A stretch of 64,000 bases of DNA from Paraphysomonas bandaiensis (lineage: Eukaryota; Protista; Chrysophyceae): positions 78,915-142,914 of the forward strand of contig CBFFRP010000039.1 of the NCBI GenBank assembly GCA_965644295.1, in the 5' to 3' direction. The notes beneath the pieces are model-generated. The model worked only from the letters and a program-made list of their open reading frames with translations. It was not told where the DNA came from and ran no database searches. Numbering within the stretch: position 1 is the stretch's first letter; the number at the start of each line of letters is the position of its first letter. Below are positions 20,528 to 32,079 of this stretch, in pieces. The position numbers and the translations under genes were made by a program.

Positions 20528-23500
20528 TGGTTCGGTGGATGTGACGATACAGACAAGGAGGATTCCAATTCAAAGACTCGGGATGAGAATGATGAATGTT
20601 CAGTGCATTCTAATGATCTTAATGAGTTTGCGAATTCCTCCAATGTCTGTATCGGGGATCAGGCTAAGCTGTATGCCTGCTATCCTTCATCCAAGAGCTT
20701 CTCTTCAGCGCACACTATAGGAAGGATTACTTTAGATAGAAAATTTGGAATAGAGGAGTTAGTAAAAATATTGTGTGACACTGGAGCCCTCTCAGCCAAT
20801 TATGTGTCGAGGGATTTGGTGGACAGATTGCGGAACAAACTAGAACCGAGCCGTTTTTATAAAGCTAAACACCGTGTGGTATTGGCGGATAGTAGAACGG
20901 TGAAGGATCTCAATGAAGGAGTCAGATTAAATTTAGTGCTGACTGATCCGAAGAGTCATACCTATCAATATACGGGTGAATTCTTTGTGATTGATATGAC
21001 GAGTAATGATATTATTTTGGGGTTGCCTGCGCTGACTGGAAAATTATATCCTTTCATGTGTGCTGTTATGCGTGAGGCACATGACACTCAAATCGAGGGT
21101 GTCTCCGATAATGAAAATTCGAATGTGTTGTCATCTCTGGCAGGGGACACGGTTGACTCTGATGACCGTGTGCACCCATGGTCAAGAGCGAGTGATGCTA
21201 TTGCCCCAGAGGATGAGGAAACCGAGTTACCGGTTCAATTCAAGGATGCGTTGACATTCTTAGGAAAGTCTAGGGAGGAAGCTCTCCAAGACTATCATGA
21301 GCAGATAGAGACTCATGTCAGTGATGAAATGAAAAGTGAAACTAAGATTATGGAATTGTTGTCAACGAAGGCTGAAAAAGTGTTCGTGCCTGACGAATGG
21401 AGCGGTGTGAGAGGTGTGGACCCTTTGTCTCTAAAATGGAAAAGCACTCTCCCGGATCGAATGAAACCAAAGGCTCGCCCGATCAATCCTAAGCTGTGGG
21501 AGGCTTCGGAGAAGGAGTTTCGGCGACTGTGTGGCTATTTCTACCGAAAGATTCGTTCTCCTTGGGCTTCATGCCTAGTGGTTGCTCCCAAAGCCACTCC
21601 TCCATACATCCGTTTTTGTGGTGACTATGTGCAAATTAACAAGCACATGGAAGTGGGAAATTATACGATTCCTAATGTTAAGCATGAGTTGGACAAGATT
21701 ATCAACTTTCCGCTATATATGGACATCGATTTAACAAATGCTTTTCATCAAATTCCATTAGATGATGAAACTTCTGAGCGCCTATCAATTCAGACGCCTT
21801 GGGGGCAATTTGCTCCTAATTTCATGCCAGAGGGTATTGCTCCGGCCACGGGTGTTTTACAGGAAACTGTGAGAGAAATATTCGATGATTTCTCTGAGTG
21901 GGCCATAGTCATTTTCGATAACATGCTTATATTGGCTAATGATGCCAGGGATGCTTATGAGAAGTTCGAGAAGATCATTGACAGATGTATTGAAAGGAAT
22001 GTGAAACTTAAGATGCCAAAAAGCTGGTTGGGGTTTAGAAAAGTGGATTTCTTTGGATATGTTTGCCGTCACAAGTCATATGAGGTTAATCCCGATAAGA
22101 AGGAGGCTCTCGGCAAGATTCCAATGCCTACTAACACCAAACAGGCCAGATCGTTGCTGGGTAAAGGGGTATTCTTTTCTAGTTTTACGCCTAGATACTC
22201 TGACTTAGTTGCTCACTTGACTGACATGACAAAGTCGAGTTTCAATTGGGACAAGTCCACATGGCGGCATGACTACGAGGCAGAGTATCGTCGTTTCATT
22301 GCTGGACTACAAGACGCTTGTGAGCTGTTTTATCCTGATTATAATCTTGAGTGGACATTGCGTACTGACGCTAGTGAGTTGGGAATAGGTTCAGTGTTAT
22401 TGCAAAAGAAAATATTAGAGGATGGGAGCATACAGTGGCAGCCTATAGCTTTCATTTCCAAAAAGTTTTCTGCCCAAGCTCAGAAGTGGTCAACTATAGA
22501 GCAAGAGGCATATGGCATTTTCTACAGTGTTAAACACTTGGCTTATTACTTAATAGGCAAGCAATTCACAATTGAGACCGACCATAACAATTTATTGTGG
22601 ATGGAATCTTCGGATGTTCCAAAGATTACACGATGGAGGATATTCTTGCAGTCTTTCAACTTCAGCATTCGTCATATATCTGGTGCCAAGAATTGGTTGG
22701 CGGACTGGTTATCTAGAGAGCATCAGGTTGCTATACTCTCTGGAATATTCCCAGAGGAGGAATATGATGACGCCTATTTCATGGGGGATGACTGTAATGA
22801 GTATGAGTACTTTAACTTTCTGGGTAACTTTATGAACCCGGATGATCGAGAGATTGGGGACCCTCCAACATCTCATGTATCACCGGAGACGGCGTTGCGT
22901 GAGGTTCATAACGCGCGAGTTGGACACATGGGGGGAAGGGCTACCTGGATACGCTTAAACAAAGAGTTCCCGGGTCATAATATTCCTTACAAGGTTGTTG
23001 AGGATTATATCTCTAAGTGCCCAAATTGTGTGAAAACGAGGTTGGCTATGAAGGAGGCTCTTATCCCGATCGTACGAAATCTCAAGCCCCCAAATGCTCG
23101 TAGCGCGATTGGTATAGATGCTGTTGAGATTACACCTCACGGTGCAGAGGGATATACACATATCAACGTGGTGGTCAATCTTTTCACCAAGTTTGTGTAC
23201 CTTGAACCTGTCAAAGGTGTGACGGCTCTTAATCTTGCAAATACTATATGGAAATACTGGAGTCATTACGGTCACACAGATCTAATAATCTCGGATCAAG
23301 GACCGGATTTGACTTCAGATTTGTTCAAACAGTTGACGGAGTACATGGGTGTTCGGCACACTTTTAGTATTGCCAATCGCCATGCAAATGGATGTGAAAG
23401 AATTATTGGAGAAGTAGTTCGACATTTACGTGCTCTGGTCTATGATTACAGTGAACGGGAGGAACGAAAAGACATCTTTGAGGACCCTAGTTGGTTAGCA

Positions 23501-24511
23501 AGTGTTCAATATCTTCTAAACTCTGAAGTGTCTTCGGAAACAGGATTTTCGCCTTTTGAGTTGACGTTTGGCTCAAAGGATCTTGACTATTTGAACATGG
23601 ATCTCAAAGATCTCCCAGATAGGGCGCATGCTAGACTCACTGCGCTTAATGATCAGTTAGCCCAACTCCGAGAGGCTTCCAAAGCTTATCAGCAAAAGTT
23701 AGCCACGGAGAGGGCAGGAACAGGTGTGCATCCCGATAGACAGAATAGGTATCAACCGGGAGATTTTGTCTTATTTGACAAAGGGGCAAAGGTTCATCCT
23801 AAGATGTCTCACCGGTATATGGGACCTTTCTCAGTCAAGTCCCAGTACAAGAATGACGTAGACTGTCAACATCTCGCCACTGGGCAAGTGGTTCGTGTTT
23901 CCGTGAGCGACGTTAAATTGTTTCCGGGAGATTCTGATACTGCTTATAAAATGGCTTTACGCGATCAGGATCAACATGTTATTGATGAAATCCTTTATTA
24001 CCGTGGTGATAGAGAGGTTCGATCTACCATGGTTTTCACTGTGCGTTTTCAAGATGGAGATATCCGAGAAGTCCCTTACAGCAAGGATATTTTTGATTCC
24101 GTTCCTTATGCTGAATTCTGTTCTCGAAAACGATATCTTTACCATCTTATTTATACTGCTGACTATGCAAAGAAATACATCGCGGATTTCCGCCGGCAAC
24201 CGATCACTCAGTTTCAACCTGGTGATCTAGCCTATGTTGATTTGCGAATTTATGGTGATGCTTGGTACGATGAGTTGGAATTACCAGATTCTCATCTCAT
24301 TACTTATGTAGCTCCTATCCAGTTCACACACTGGTATCACAAGAGCTCTAAGCGAGTTTTATCGGTGAAGGACCTTCTCACCCTCCGTACCTACCGTTAT
24401 GATAATTACCTAGTGCATTGTTTTGTCCATTCCGAGGTGAATGCTAGCACAATGGTACTCGTGGACGAGGATTTTGCCAACAAATATCCTCAGGTCCGTG
24501 CGTCTTATTAA
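20528..24511 (+). CDS. pol: Pol polyprotein (protease, RT, RNase H, integrase, chromodomain, extra C-terminal domain), in frame with gag
   Basis: Protease LCDTGA. RT motifs DLTNAFHQI, MPEG and IFDN. RNase H motifs TDAS, EQE, TDH and ADWLSR. Integrase HHCC, D-D-E (GIDAV, SDQG, GCER) and GPF. Chromo-like VIDEIL...FTVRF. Confidence 0.95.
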   Translation, partial: WFGGCDDTDKEDSNSKTRDENDECSVHSNDLNEFANSSNVCIGDQAKLYACYPSSKSFSSAHTIGRITLDRKFGIEELVKILCDTGALSANYVSRDLVDRLRNKLEPSRFYKAKHRVVLADSRTVKDLNEGVRLNLVLTDPKSHTYQYTGEFFVIDMTSNDIILGLPALTGKLYPFMCAVMREAHDTQIEGVSDNENSNVLSSLAGDTVDSDDRVHPWSRASDAIAPEDEETELPVQFKDALTFLGKSREEALQDYHEQIETHVSDEMKSETKIMELLSTKAEKVFVPDEWSGVRGVDPLSLKWKSTLPDRMKPKARPINPKLWEASEKEFRRLCGYFYRKIRSPWASCLVVAPKATPPYIRFCGDYVQINKHMEVGNYTIPNVKHELDKIINFPLYMDIDLTNAFHQIPLDDETSERLSIQTPWGQFAPNFMPEGIAPATGVLQETVREIFDDFSEWAIVIFDNMLILANDARDAYEKFEKIIDRCIERNVKLKMPKSWLGFRKVDFFGYVCRHKSYEVNPDKKEALGKIPMPTNTKQARSLLGKGVFFSSFTPRYSDLVAHLTDMTKSSFNWDKSTWRHDYEAEYRRFIAGLQDACELFYPDYNLEWTLRTDASELGIGSVLLQKKILEDGSIQWQPIAFISKKFSAQAQKWSTIEQEAYGIFYSVKHLAYYLIGKQFTIETDHNNLLWMESSDVPKITRWRIFLQSFNFSIRHISGAKNWLADWLSREHQVAILSGIFPEEEYDDAYFMGDDCNEYEYFNFLGNFMNPDDREIGDPPTSHVSPETALREVHNARVGHMGGRATWIRLNKEFPGHNIPYKVVEDYISKCPNCVKTRLAMKEALIPIVRNLKPPNARSAIGIDAVEITPHGAEGYTHINVVVNLFTKFVYLEPVKGVTALNLANTIWKYWSHYGHTDLIISDQGPDLTSDLFKQLTEYMGVRHTFSIANRHANGCERIIGEVVRHLRALVYDYSEREERKDIFEDPSWLASVQYLLNSEVSSETGFSPFELTFGSKDLDYLNMDLKDLPDRAHARLTALNDQLAQLREASKAYQQKLATERAGTGVHPDRQNRYQPGDFVLFDKGAKVHPKMSHRYMGPFSVKSQYKNDVDCQHLATGQVVRVSVSDVKLFPGDSDTAYKMALRDQDQHVIDEILYYRGDREVRSTMVFTVRFQDGDIREVPYSKDIFDSVPYAEFCSRKRYLYHLIYTADYAKKYIADFRRQPITQFQPGDLAYVDLRIYGDAWYDELELPDSHLITYVAPIQFTHWYHKSSKRVLSVKDLLTLRTYRYDNYLVHCFVHSEVNASTMVLVDEDFANKYPQVRASY

Positions 24512-24595
24512 GCTCCACGCTGGACACATTATACTTATTGCTCAAGAGGTTGCAAAAATGACTTGGCAATGCCGGGAGTGTCCTGTAGGAAAAGG

Positions 24596-25341
24596 GGCTC
24601 CGCATTTGCCATGATTGACCGCTACTTGCTTCTATCTAATCATTTGCGATCATGCTAGTTTGGTTTGGACGTCTTAAGTCTAGTGAGCTCGTGCAATTAC
24701 GGGGGGAATTAGAATACTTTCAACTAGTGTCCATATAATTACAGAAGGAAGGTGAACACCAGCTTGACCTCCACGACGTTCGCATATTGTTTGACGACGA
24801 GCTCATCATAAGGCATCCGATTGTCGAGCGTCATCTGGTCGATAATGCTGCTATTATTCATAACGCTGCTTTGGAAAAGGCAGCCGTGAAGATTCAATAT
24901 GGCAATGAAGCCGCACTAGCTCGGAGGAAGAGGATCAAATTAAAATATTTTTGCTTGATGAGGATGAAGAAGATTATGACAATGAGAGTCTAGTTTCGAA
25001 TGACGACGCAGCGCAACGTTTGATTGATAGTAGCAGGCAGCGGAAGCGGGGAAGACTTAACCAGAAAACTCGTCGTTACCGCAGCACAAAGCACTTGCAT
25101 GCCACAACCACAAACGTTGAAAGGTTGTTCAGTAGAGCTAAGGTTGTTGTGACGGATTTGCGCTAGAGCATGACTCCTCGTCATTTAAGAGCAACTTAAG
25201 CTTTTACGAATGAGCCGTTGCCTCTGGAATGAAATGACAGTTAAGGTAGCTATATTGGCAGCTAATGTAGTTTAGTACTAAATAATTGCAAATTAATTGC
25301 AATAATTGAAATTGAAAAAAAGATAGCAAGTAATAACCCTG
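24596..25341 (+). mobile_element. Degenerate hAT transposase 3' fragment with right terminus
   Basis: GSAFAMIDRY and TTNVERLFSRAK (hAT dimerisation motif) with stops and frameshifts; AATTAATTG subterminal repeats; ends CCCTG. Confidence 0.75.
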
Positions 25342-25973
25342 CTGAGTTATAGTAGTGAGACTGAAATATATATTGATTGTATAATTGTATATGATCGTGT
25401 CTATCTACTGCCTGATAATATTATTCGATAGTGAAGAGAATATAATTGTAGTGCAAAACATAAATGAATGATGAGACATGCTGATTACTATGTTATTAAT
25501 TGATTATAATAGATATTATTTCACCATCAATGTTAAATGTTGACATATATTAGGGGCTTTCGAATCGAGGCATTTCTAGAAAAAAATGTCTGCGCACTAA
25601 AGACATTGCAGGTTGAGAGATGATTTGTAGAATTTGTGGTGCGGCCAGATATGGATGTCACATTTAAAAGTTCCAATAATTACAGTTAAGTCTCAAGTTC
25701 TGTGAGGGGGGTTTTGTTCTGCGCTTCATACTTCATATAACATATTGTCTGTCTACGGTCTACGTGGATGAGAAGATCGCTATCAGTGTAGATATAGGTA
25801 ATGTTCAGTCACCCCTGGTCACGTCATTTAGCCGTGGATCTGAAGAGATACTATGTGAAGTGGAAGGGCAATATTTCATTATCTGTGCCGAGTTGACAGT
25901 AACAAAAGCTACCTAATTAATGCGATACACCACGCTAACATTACTTACTCCGCCAGGCATAAATATGCAATAT

Positions 25974-27346
25974 CTACAATTGTATTGTGCCATTCTTTTT
26001 CTGTAGGACAATACACTGATGCATTGAGTCTCGCAGGTTGCCTGTAAGTATCACGTCTAGGTCAATAAGGCTTGCCATCTTCTCTATCAATTCATAATCG
26101 TAAACGAATTGGTGATCAGAGCGGGGATCAGTGATAGATCTCATAGTGTCCTCGTGTAAGAGGACTTTCTTGCTTTTGTTGAAGAATTGTCGGTCAGTCT
26201 GAAGAAATATCTCTTGTCTGTTGGAAAAATTGACATCATAGTCCTCAGCCTTGCGTAGATACCTAATCTCACGACAGCACTCTATTAACCACGTATAGAA
26301 CGCTTACATCACTATACACACCTGTATATTATATCCTCTAGTCTACTATTATCCCTATAATGGTCGAAGCACCGTTCTTTCCACGGCACCACCAGGAGAA
26401 TTATTCCCCCCGGCTTTACCACACGTTTAGCCGTCTTCAGCGCACGAATAGGGTTCAAAAAGTGCTCCAGAACATGACTGGACATATAAAAGTCATATTC
26501 TTCATTCAATATGCCAGGGAGCGTGGCGCCATCTTGATGGGTGATAGACCCACCAACGCTACCTGGGACGGGGTTAGGAGCACCGTCTGACAAGTCTGCC
26601 TCAATATTGAGCACTATCCCACCAGCGTCCAGCATGGCAATATCAACCATTGCGTGTGCATAAATCATCCCGTCTGAGAATAGCTCAGATGGCCCGCCGA
26701 CCTCAATGCCGCGTTTACCAATGATATGACGAGCGGAGATGTCCTGAAAAGTTGATATGTTAAAATGCCTGGGCACCGCAGGTAAAGCATTAGATATGAC
26801 TAAGTCTTCCAGTAAATATCCCTTCGGTGCTGTGACAGTAATATACGTGTTTCCTGATGCCGTGAGAGCCTGTATACGTAGTACTAAAGGTCCATCTCTG
26901 GACGGCGATGTGTCACCGAAAATATCATAGAGAGAGTATTCCTTCGGAATCACTAATACGTTGTTAAATATGAAACTCTGCAGGATACTCTCAACACGAA
27001 TGCGGTGGCCATTATAGCCGAAAGCCAACTCTGCAGTAATAATACGTAAAGGCTGACCACGACCATTGAACCCCGACAACACGTCATCAGGGAGGCTCTT
27101 TATAACCAAATTATCTGACAACTTCTTCATAGAGTGAAGACAAAATCTGTTCAGATCAGATCGCAGCTGGTCAATATCACTCATTAGTGAAGGACGGGCT
27201 ACAGACAGGGCATCCATCTCTCTCAGCAGGTGTCGTGCAGAGGGACCCAGCAGAGATGGCAGCAGATACTCAACAGTCATATCGTCGTATCTCTCACATG
27301 TTGCTCCGGTTACAAGAAGAAACAATACCAGCATTGACATGTTCAT
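25974..27346 (-). CDS. Signal-peptide-bearing class I SAM-dependent methyltransferase (type 11-like), two exons
   Basis: Motifs GIEVGGPS and YDFYMSSHVLEHFLNP...VKPGG. An intron after IIYR leads to an exon ending in TAG at 25974. Confidence 0.75.
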
Positions 27347-27519
27347 TTATTTATATCATTAATGTAACGTATGTTTCAGGACCAGGACCGAATATACATC
27401 TGTCCACAGACACAGACAGAGTATGTGCACACACAGCTCTCTCCCTCTCTCTTTATATCCATGTGTAGTGACACTGAACTACCATCGCTCACATTTGGAC
27501 AACTAAACTCCACGTATTG

Positions 27520-27670
27520 GCAGTCAGCATCAAAACTTTCGGAAATATATTGAAGCAAATTATTTCTATATTACTGAAGTATAACTACGGCTAGAATACA
27601 GATAATTGTTGACTCAATAATAGAGGCATCTTTGAACAAAAATATACAATCGACGCCGATACGCACAATG
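27520..27670 (+). repeat. ~150-bp dispersed repeat, second copy at about 63670-63815
   Basis: Shared gcagtcagcat...ttcggaaat.aattgaagcaaat...aactacggctagaatacagataatt...aacaaaaatataca. Confidence 0.75.
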
Positions 27671-27937
27671 CGTGTAGGAGGCATAGAATTCCCTTCGTCG
27701 AAGTAGTTCGTAGTAGGAAGAGGGAATACGTATAAATGACCGTATACCATGGTATACCACTGTATATTGTACCTGGATCTATCTGGATATTCTCTTAACT
27801 TTTACGCTAGTCAAGAGAGGCAACCAACAATGAATCAGACCTCCTTGTCAAAGTAGCTGAATATTTCGTATTGACAATTTTGCCACTGCAGTATCACTTT
27901 GTCGATGACACGATAAGCAGTATATAGGAACAGAGGG

Positions 27938-29676
27938 ATGGCACTAGTTATGGGAATAGACGCAGGAACAGAGAGCGTCAGAGTGTGCTTATTCACTTTA
28001 CAGGGACATGAAGTTGCTACTTACGCAGTGGAATACCCAACCTCTTTTCCACATAACGGATGGGCTGAACAGCACCCTGAAGACTGGTGGATCAGCATGG
28101 GGGCGTGCGTGCGGACGGTGTTGGACATGGCCAATTGCAAGAAAGAGAATGTGTGCGCGCTCGCGATTGATGCGACTTGCTGTAGCGTTGTCTCACTAGG
28201 AAAGAACGGATTTGTACTCCGTCCTTGTCTCTTGTGGATGGATACCCGAGCCGCCGGTTGCGCAGTTGATATTATGACTCTTGCAGAAGGAGATGAAGCT
28301 CTGGACATTAATTGTGGTGGTAAAGGGCCCCTATCCGCTGAGTGGATGATTCCGAAGGCGTTATGGATGAAACGTAATGAGCCGGAGATTTGGTCTCGAA
28401 GTGAAGTGATATGTGAGAAACTGGATTATATAAACTATCGTTGCACAGGAAGGATGTGTGCCTCCGCTTGCAACGTGGCCGCTCGATGGCATTTTGACGC
28501 TCGCGCCGCAGTGACTGCCCGAACAGGTGATTGTAAATACCCGGGAAGGCCACTATCTTTACTGGAAAAAATTGATTTGCTGGATATTCTGGAAAAATGG
28601 CCGGAGGACGTTGTGTCTGTTGGGGACCGGATCGGCAGTTTGACTGCCGCTGCTGCAGAACACCTTGGTCTTTCTGAAGATACTGTTGTTGTCCAAGGTG
28701 GGCCGGATGCATATATTGGTATGGTTGGGCTGGGTTGTATAGAGCCAGGGCAAGTTGCTCTCATTACAGGGTCTTCCCATCTGCATCTATGTGTCCATGA
28801 TACAAGTGATGGTACAGACGGAGATGTGGGCCGTATGGGGGTTTGGGGGTTGTACCGCGGAGCCGTGACAAATGAAATATCTTTCTCTGAAGGAGGGCAG
28901 AGTAGCACGGGAAGCACCATTTCTTGGGCCCGGAAGCTACTATCTGGGGCTGATAGATATTCATACAGTGATTTAGACAACGAGGCAAAGGACATCCCAC
29001 CCGGTATATAATCTATTCAGCTTTTTTGCACTCGTTGACGGCACCATGGTATAGGAGCGGATGGACTGCTTGTTCTAGAAACGTTTCAAGGTTCCCGCAC
29101 TCCGCTGACAGATTCCTGTCAACGCGGGGCTATTGTTGGTCTCTCACTCTCCCACTCCCGAGCACATTTATGGCGCGCACTGTTGGAGGGTTAGATCATT
29201 TTTTTGTCCGTGTAATGCGCTGACAGCAGTTATAGGAGTATGCTTTGGGACAAAGGCATGTTTTGAAAGTCTGATAGCTCCAGAATGTGCAGGGTTGCCA
29301 TGTGAGTGAGTGCTATTAGTAGTGGAGAACGTCGTAACTGTCCATAATTTAATTTAAAATAATAGGTGTTCTTGTGACGGGCGGGGCAACGAGATCTAAT
29401 TTTTGGCTGCAGATGCACGCAGATGTTGTAGGGGCTCCCGTGCAAGTTAACGAGGGAAGTAATGCGCCGTTGCTAGGGTGTGCAATTGTAGCAATGGTTG
29501 GAATGCTCAAGGGAACTGATCACGAGATTACTCTACATGAAGCTGTGAAAAGAATGGTACGAAAGGCAAAGGTTATTCATCCTGATATGGATATGCACGA
29601 AATATATAATCGCATATACAAAAAGTATCAACAACTTTCTCCTGCTTTAAGAAGTGTGTTCCATTTTGATAGCTAG
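27938..29676 (+). CDS. FGGY-family carbohydrate (pentulose/ribulose-type) kinase, 4 exons
   Basis: Motifs GIDAGTES, GWAEQ, LWMDTRA, GGPDA, GSSH, FQGSRTP and GGATRS; three short GT-AG introns. Confidence 0.9.
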
Positions 29677-31038
29677 TTCTGAAAATAAATGAGATATCCG
29701 TGAGTACCAGAAATATTATTGCTTTACGTGCTTCAGAACCAACGGTAACTACCTATTGAATATTTTGTGGAAGGTTTTATCTTACAAAGTTTTTCTTTCC
29801 TGATGGATGTAGCTATGAAATATCAAATCACTATTAACTGGTATATTTTAGTGTTTCAGTAATGTACGCGTACATTGGCAACAGTTGCTGAATGAGTGTA
29901 TATGTGGGTATGAATATACATTGAGATAAATACAAAATAAAAAGATTTATGCAATATATGAAGAGGGAGGAACGAGGGAGTTCTGCAATAGATGGATTCA
30001 TTGTAATAATTTATTTTTTTTGTTGAAAAACGGAATTAAGACGACAATATATATAGACTAAACCGCGCCATAATCTACTTATGCTGCTTGTATGGTTACT
30101 ATTCATACGTTTGAGAACCTGCGTGAAAAATTATTTGAATTGAGAATGTAAGCGTACGTTGACCAGTGATTAGCGCGCGGGGTGGTAGACGCATGACTTT
30201 AGCAATCAGTAACATATCGGAGATGACCCTTTCGTATACTGTTACCACGGCCCATTAACTCGACAGTCATTCTTGTTTGTATGAATAACGTAGTCTCAGA
30301 CACCAGTTTTGGTCAATCAACGTCGGCAATATTATTTAGTTGTTCTATATACTATCTAATATCTGGTCTAGTAACGAAAACTAGAGTACAAAATATTGAT
30401 ACTTCTTCTTATCTCTTATAGTGCACTATTGTAAGTTCTTTATAGTATTCCAGTCTGGTACTGACGATATACATCGTGGTCAACAAACCTTTAATTTCTG
30501 CCTTATTGAGTGTATACTCTGCATATTTTCGAAGAGCTTCATAAACATTAATTGGGTTAGTATTAAATCCATAAAATAGCAGCTTATTGAATACTTTATA
30601 TAATCTTCAATAATGGCGTTAACATATATATCTTAGCTGAATGGTCCATCAACTCAAACGACAAGCACAGACAGCGAATAACACCCAACATTCAAACTTT
30701 GAAACAGATGATATTCTAGCTTGTTGATTGTACAATATAAGTGGGTAAAAGTATTGATTGAATCAAGTAATTATATATACACTACTGTAAGACGTAGAGA
30801 ACACTAAAATATACAACATACTTATATTGATGTTCAGGTAATTTGGCTAGAAACCTATTTAACGATTCATCGTCTTTGCTATATAATATTATTATCTCAT
30901 AATATATGTTAATTTTACAACCAAAAGACGAATAACTACTGTCTATATAAGAGATGCAGCATCGCTATCACTATATTTCTTGACCTACAGTCAGTAATCT
31001 TTACGTCTTTTTAACATATTATTATGATGTCTGGATAT

Positions 31039-31397
31039 CCTCTCAACAAAGTCGGACTCGCACCTTCTCGTGGTGTTATGTGGGAGATAAAAGTGCCGGA
31101 AACTAATGTGAGCCGCTAATATAGCCAGCAGATAAAGTTCTGCCCACTCATAGCCAAATGCGTGTGTGGTACAAAAGGGACTCTAAAATATAAGTGACAA
31201 ATAAACAGGCATCTGAGAATGGGCCCACCTCAAGGGCATCCGGGGCAGAGCCCGCCTCAAGGGTAACCGGGGTATTGGGCAGCCTGCTGAAGTTAAAAGC
31301 ATCCACGATATTCACCTTAAGGACTCAACATCCCTTAAGTCCGCAGATGTCAGGTATATCAACATTCTGCTTGCTCACTGTGTTTGCTTTGAGTAAT
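31039..31397 (+). mobile_element. Ribozyme-headed SINE-like retroposon, copy C (3' part lost)
   Basis: Starts cctctcaacaaagtcggactcgcaccttctcgtggtg; contains the internal cccacct.aaggg repeats. Confidence 0.8.
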
Positions 31398-31744
31398 TAA
31401 TGCCGAATACGAGTTCACATTATTCGGTATCTGTGCGGCCAATGACCGAGATAATGTCAATGGCAATGTGCTTATTAGACCTGTTATGTGGGAGGACCCG
31501 GCGCCAGAGATACTCTACCTGCTGCTGTGAATACCACCTTGACACAGGAGACATATGCCGAAAAGACACCGGCCGCAAGTTATTTGTGCTTGGACAAGAG
31601 TAGATTGGGCAGTTGCGGCTTTTAAACACGCAACTCGTCGTATGTCCACTAAATAAACTAAATCGTGCTGTATAGTTTAGCACTTACTTGTTGGCGGTGC
31701 GTGCAATAGTAAAAGTAGATGGGATTCATGATATATAAGCTTAG

Positions 31745-31845
31745 GCTATGTATGCATTCGGATCACGTTAGTTTTCCGGAGAAATTTATTTGGTACTTGT
31801 CCCCCAGAACGCCACAAAAAAGTGCGAGTCCGACTTCGTTGAGGG
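31745..31845 (-). mobile_element. Ribozyme-headed SINE-like retroposon, copy D (5' head only)
   Basis: Reverse complement reads ccctcaacgaagtcggactcgcac...gttctggggg...ctaacgtga. Confidence 0.7.
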
Positions 31846-32079
31846 CATGATGACAAAGGGTGTGCAACACAAATACCTGTGGGTGATGTCGCACTAGAGG
31901 CAGGCCACTCCATTTTAATTTTTATATTGTTTAGGTTGGAACTCCTGTGTATTATTAGTATGATGACAGCTAAAGTATATAGCTACTTGAGTACGTAGTT
32001 AAGTATCAATAAATAGCAGCCAAACACAATTGTAATTATAATTGACTACAACCTCCTGTGTCAATATATATATTGGTAT

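Larger units (their letters stand above)
17632..24597 (+). mobile_element. Ty3/Gypsy (chromovirus-like) LTR retrotransposon; boundaries tentative, 3' LTR not found
   Basis: Domain order gag-PR-RT-RH-IN-chromo. Candidate 5' LTR TGTGA...TCACA (17632-18435), then a TGGTGACTGAGG PBS-like site. PPT-like aggaaaagggg at 24587-24597. Confidence 0.8.
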
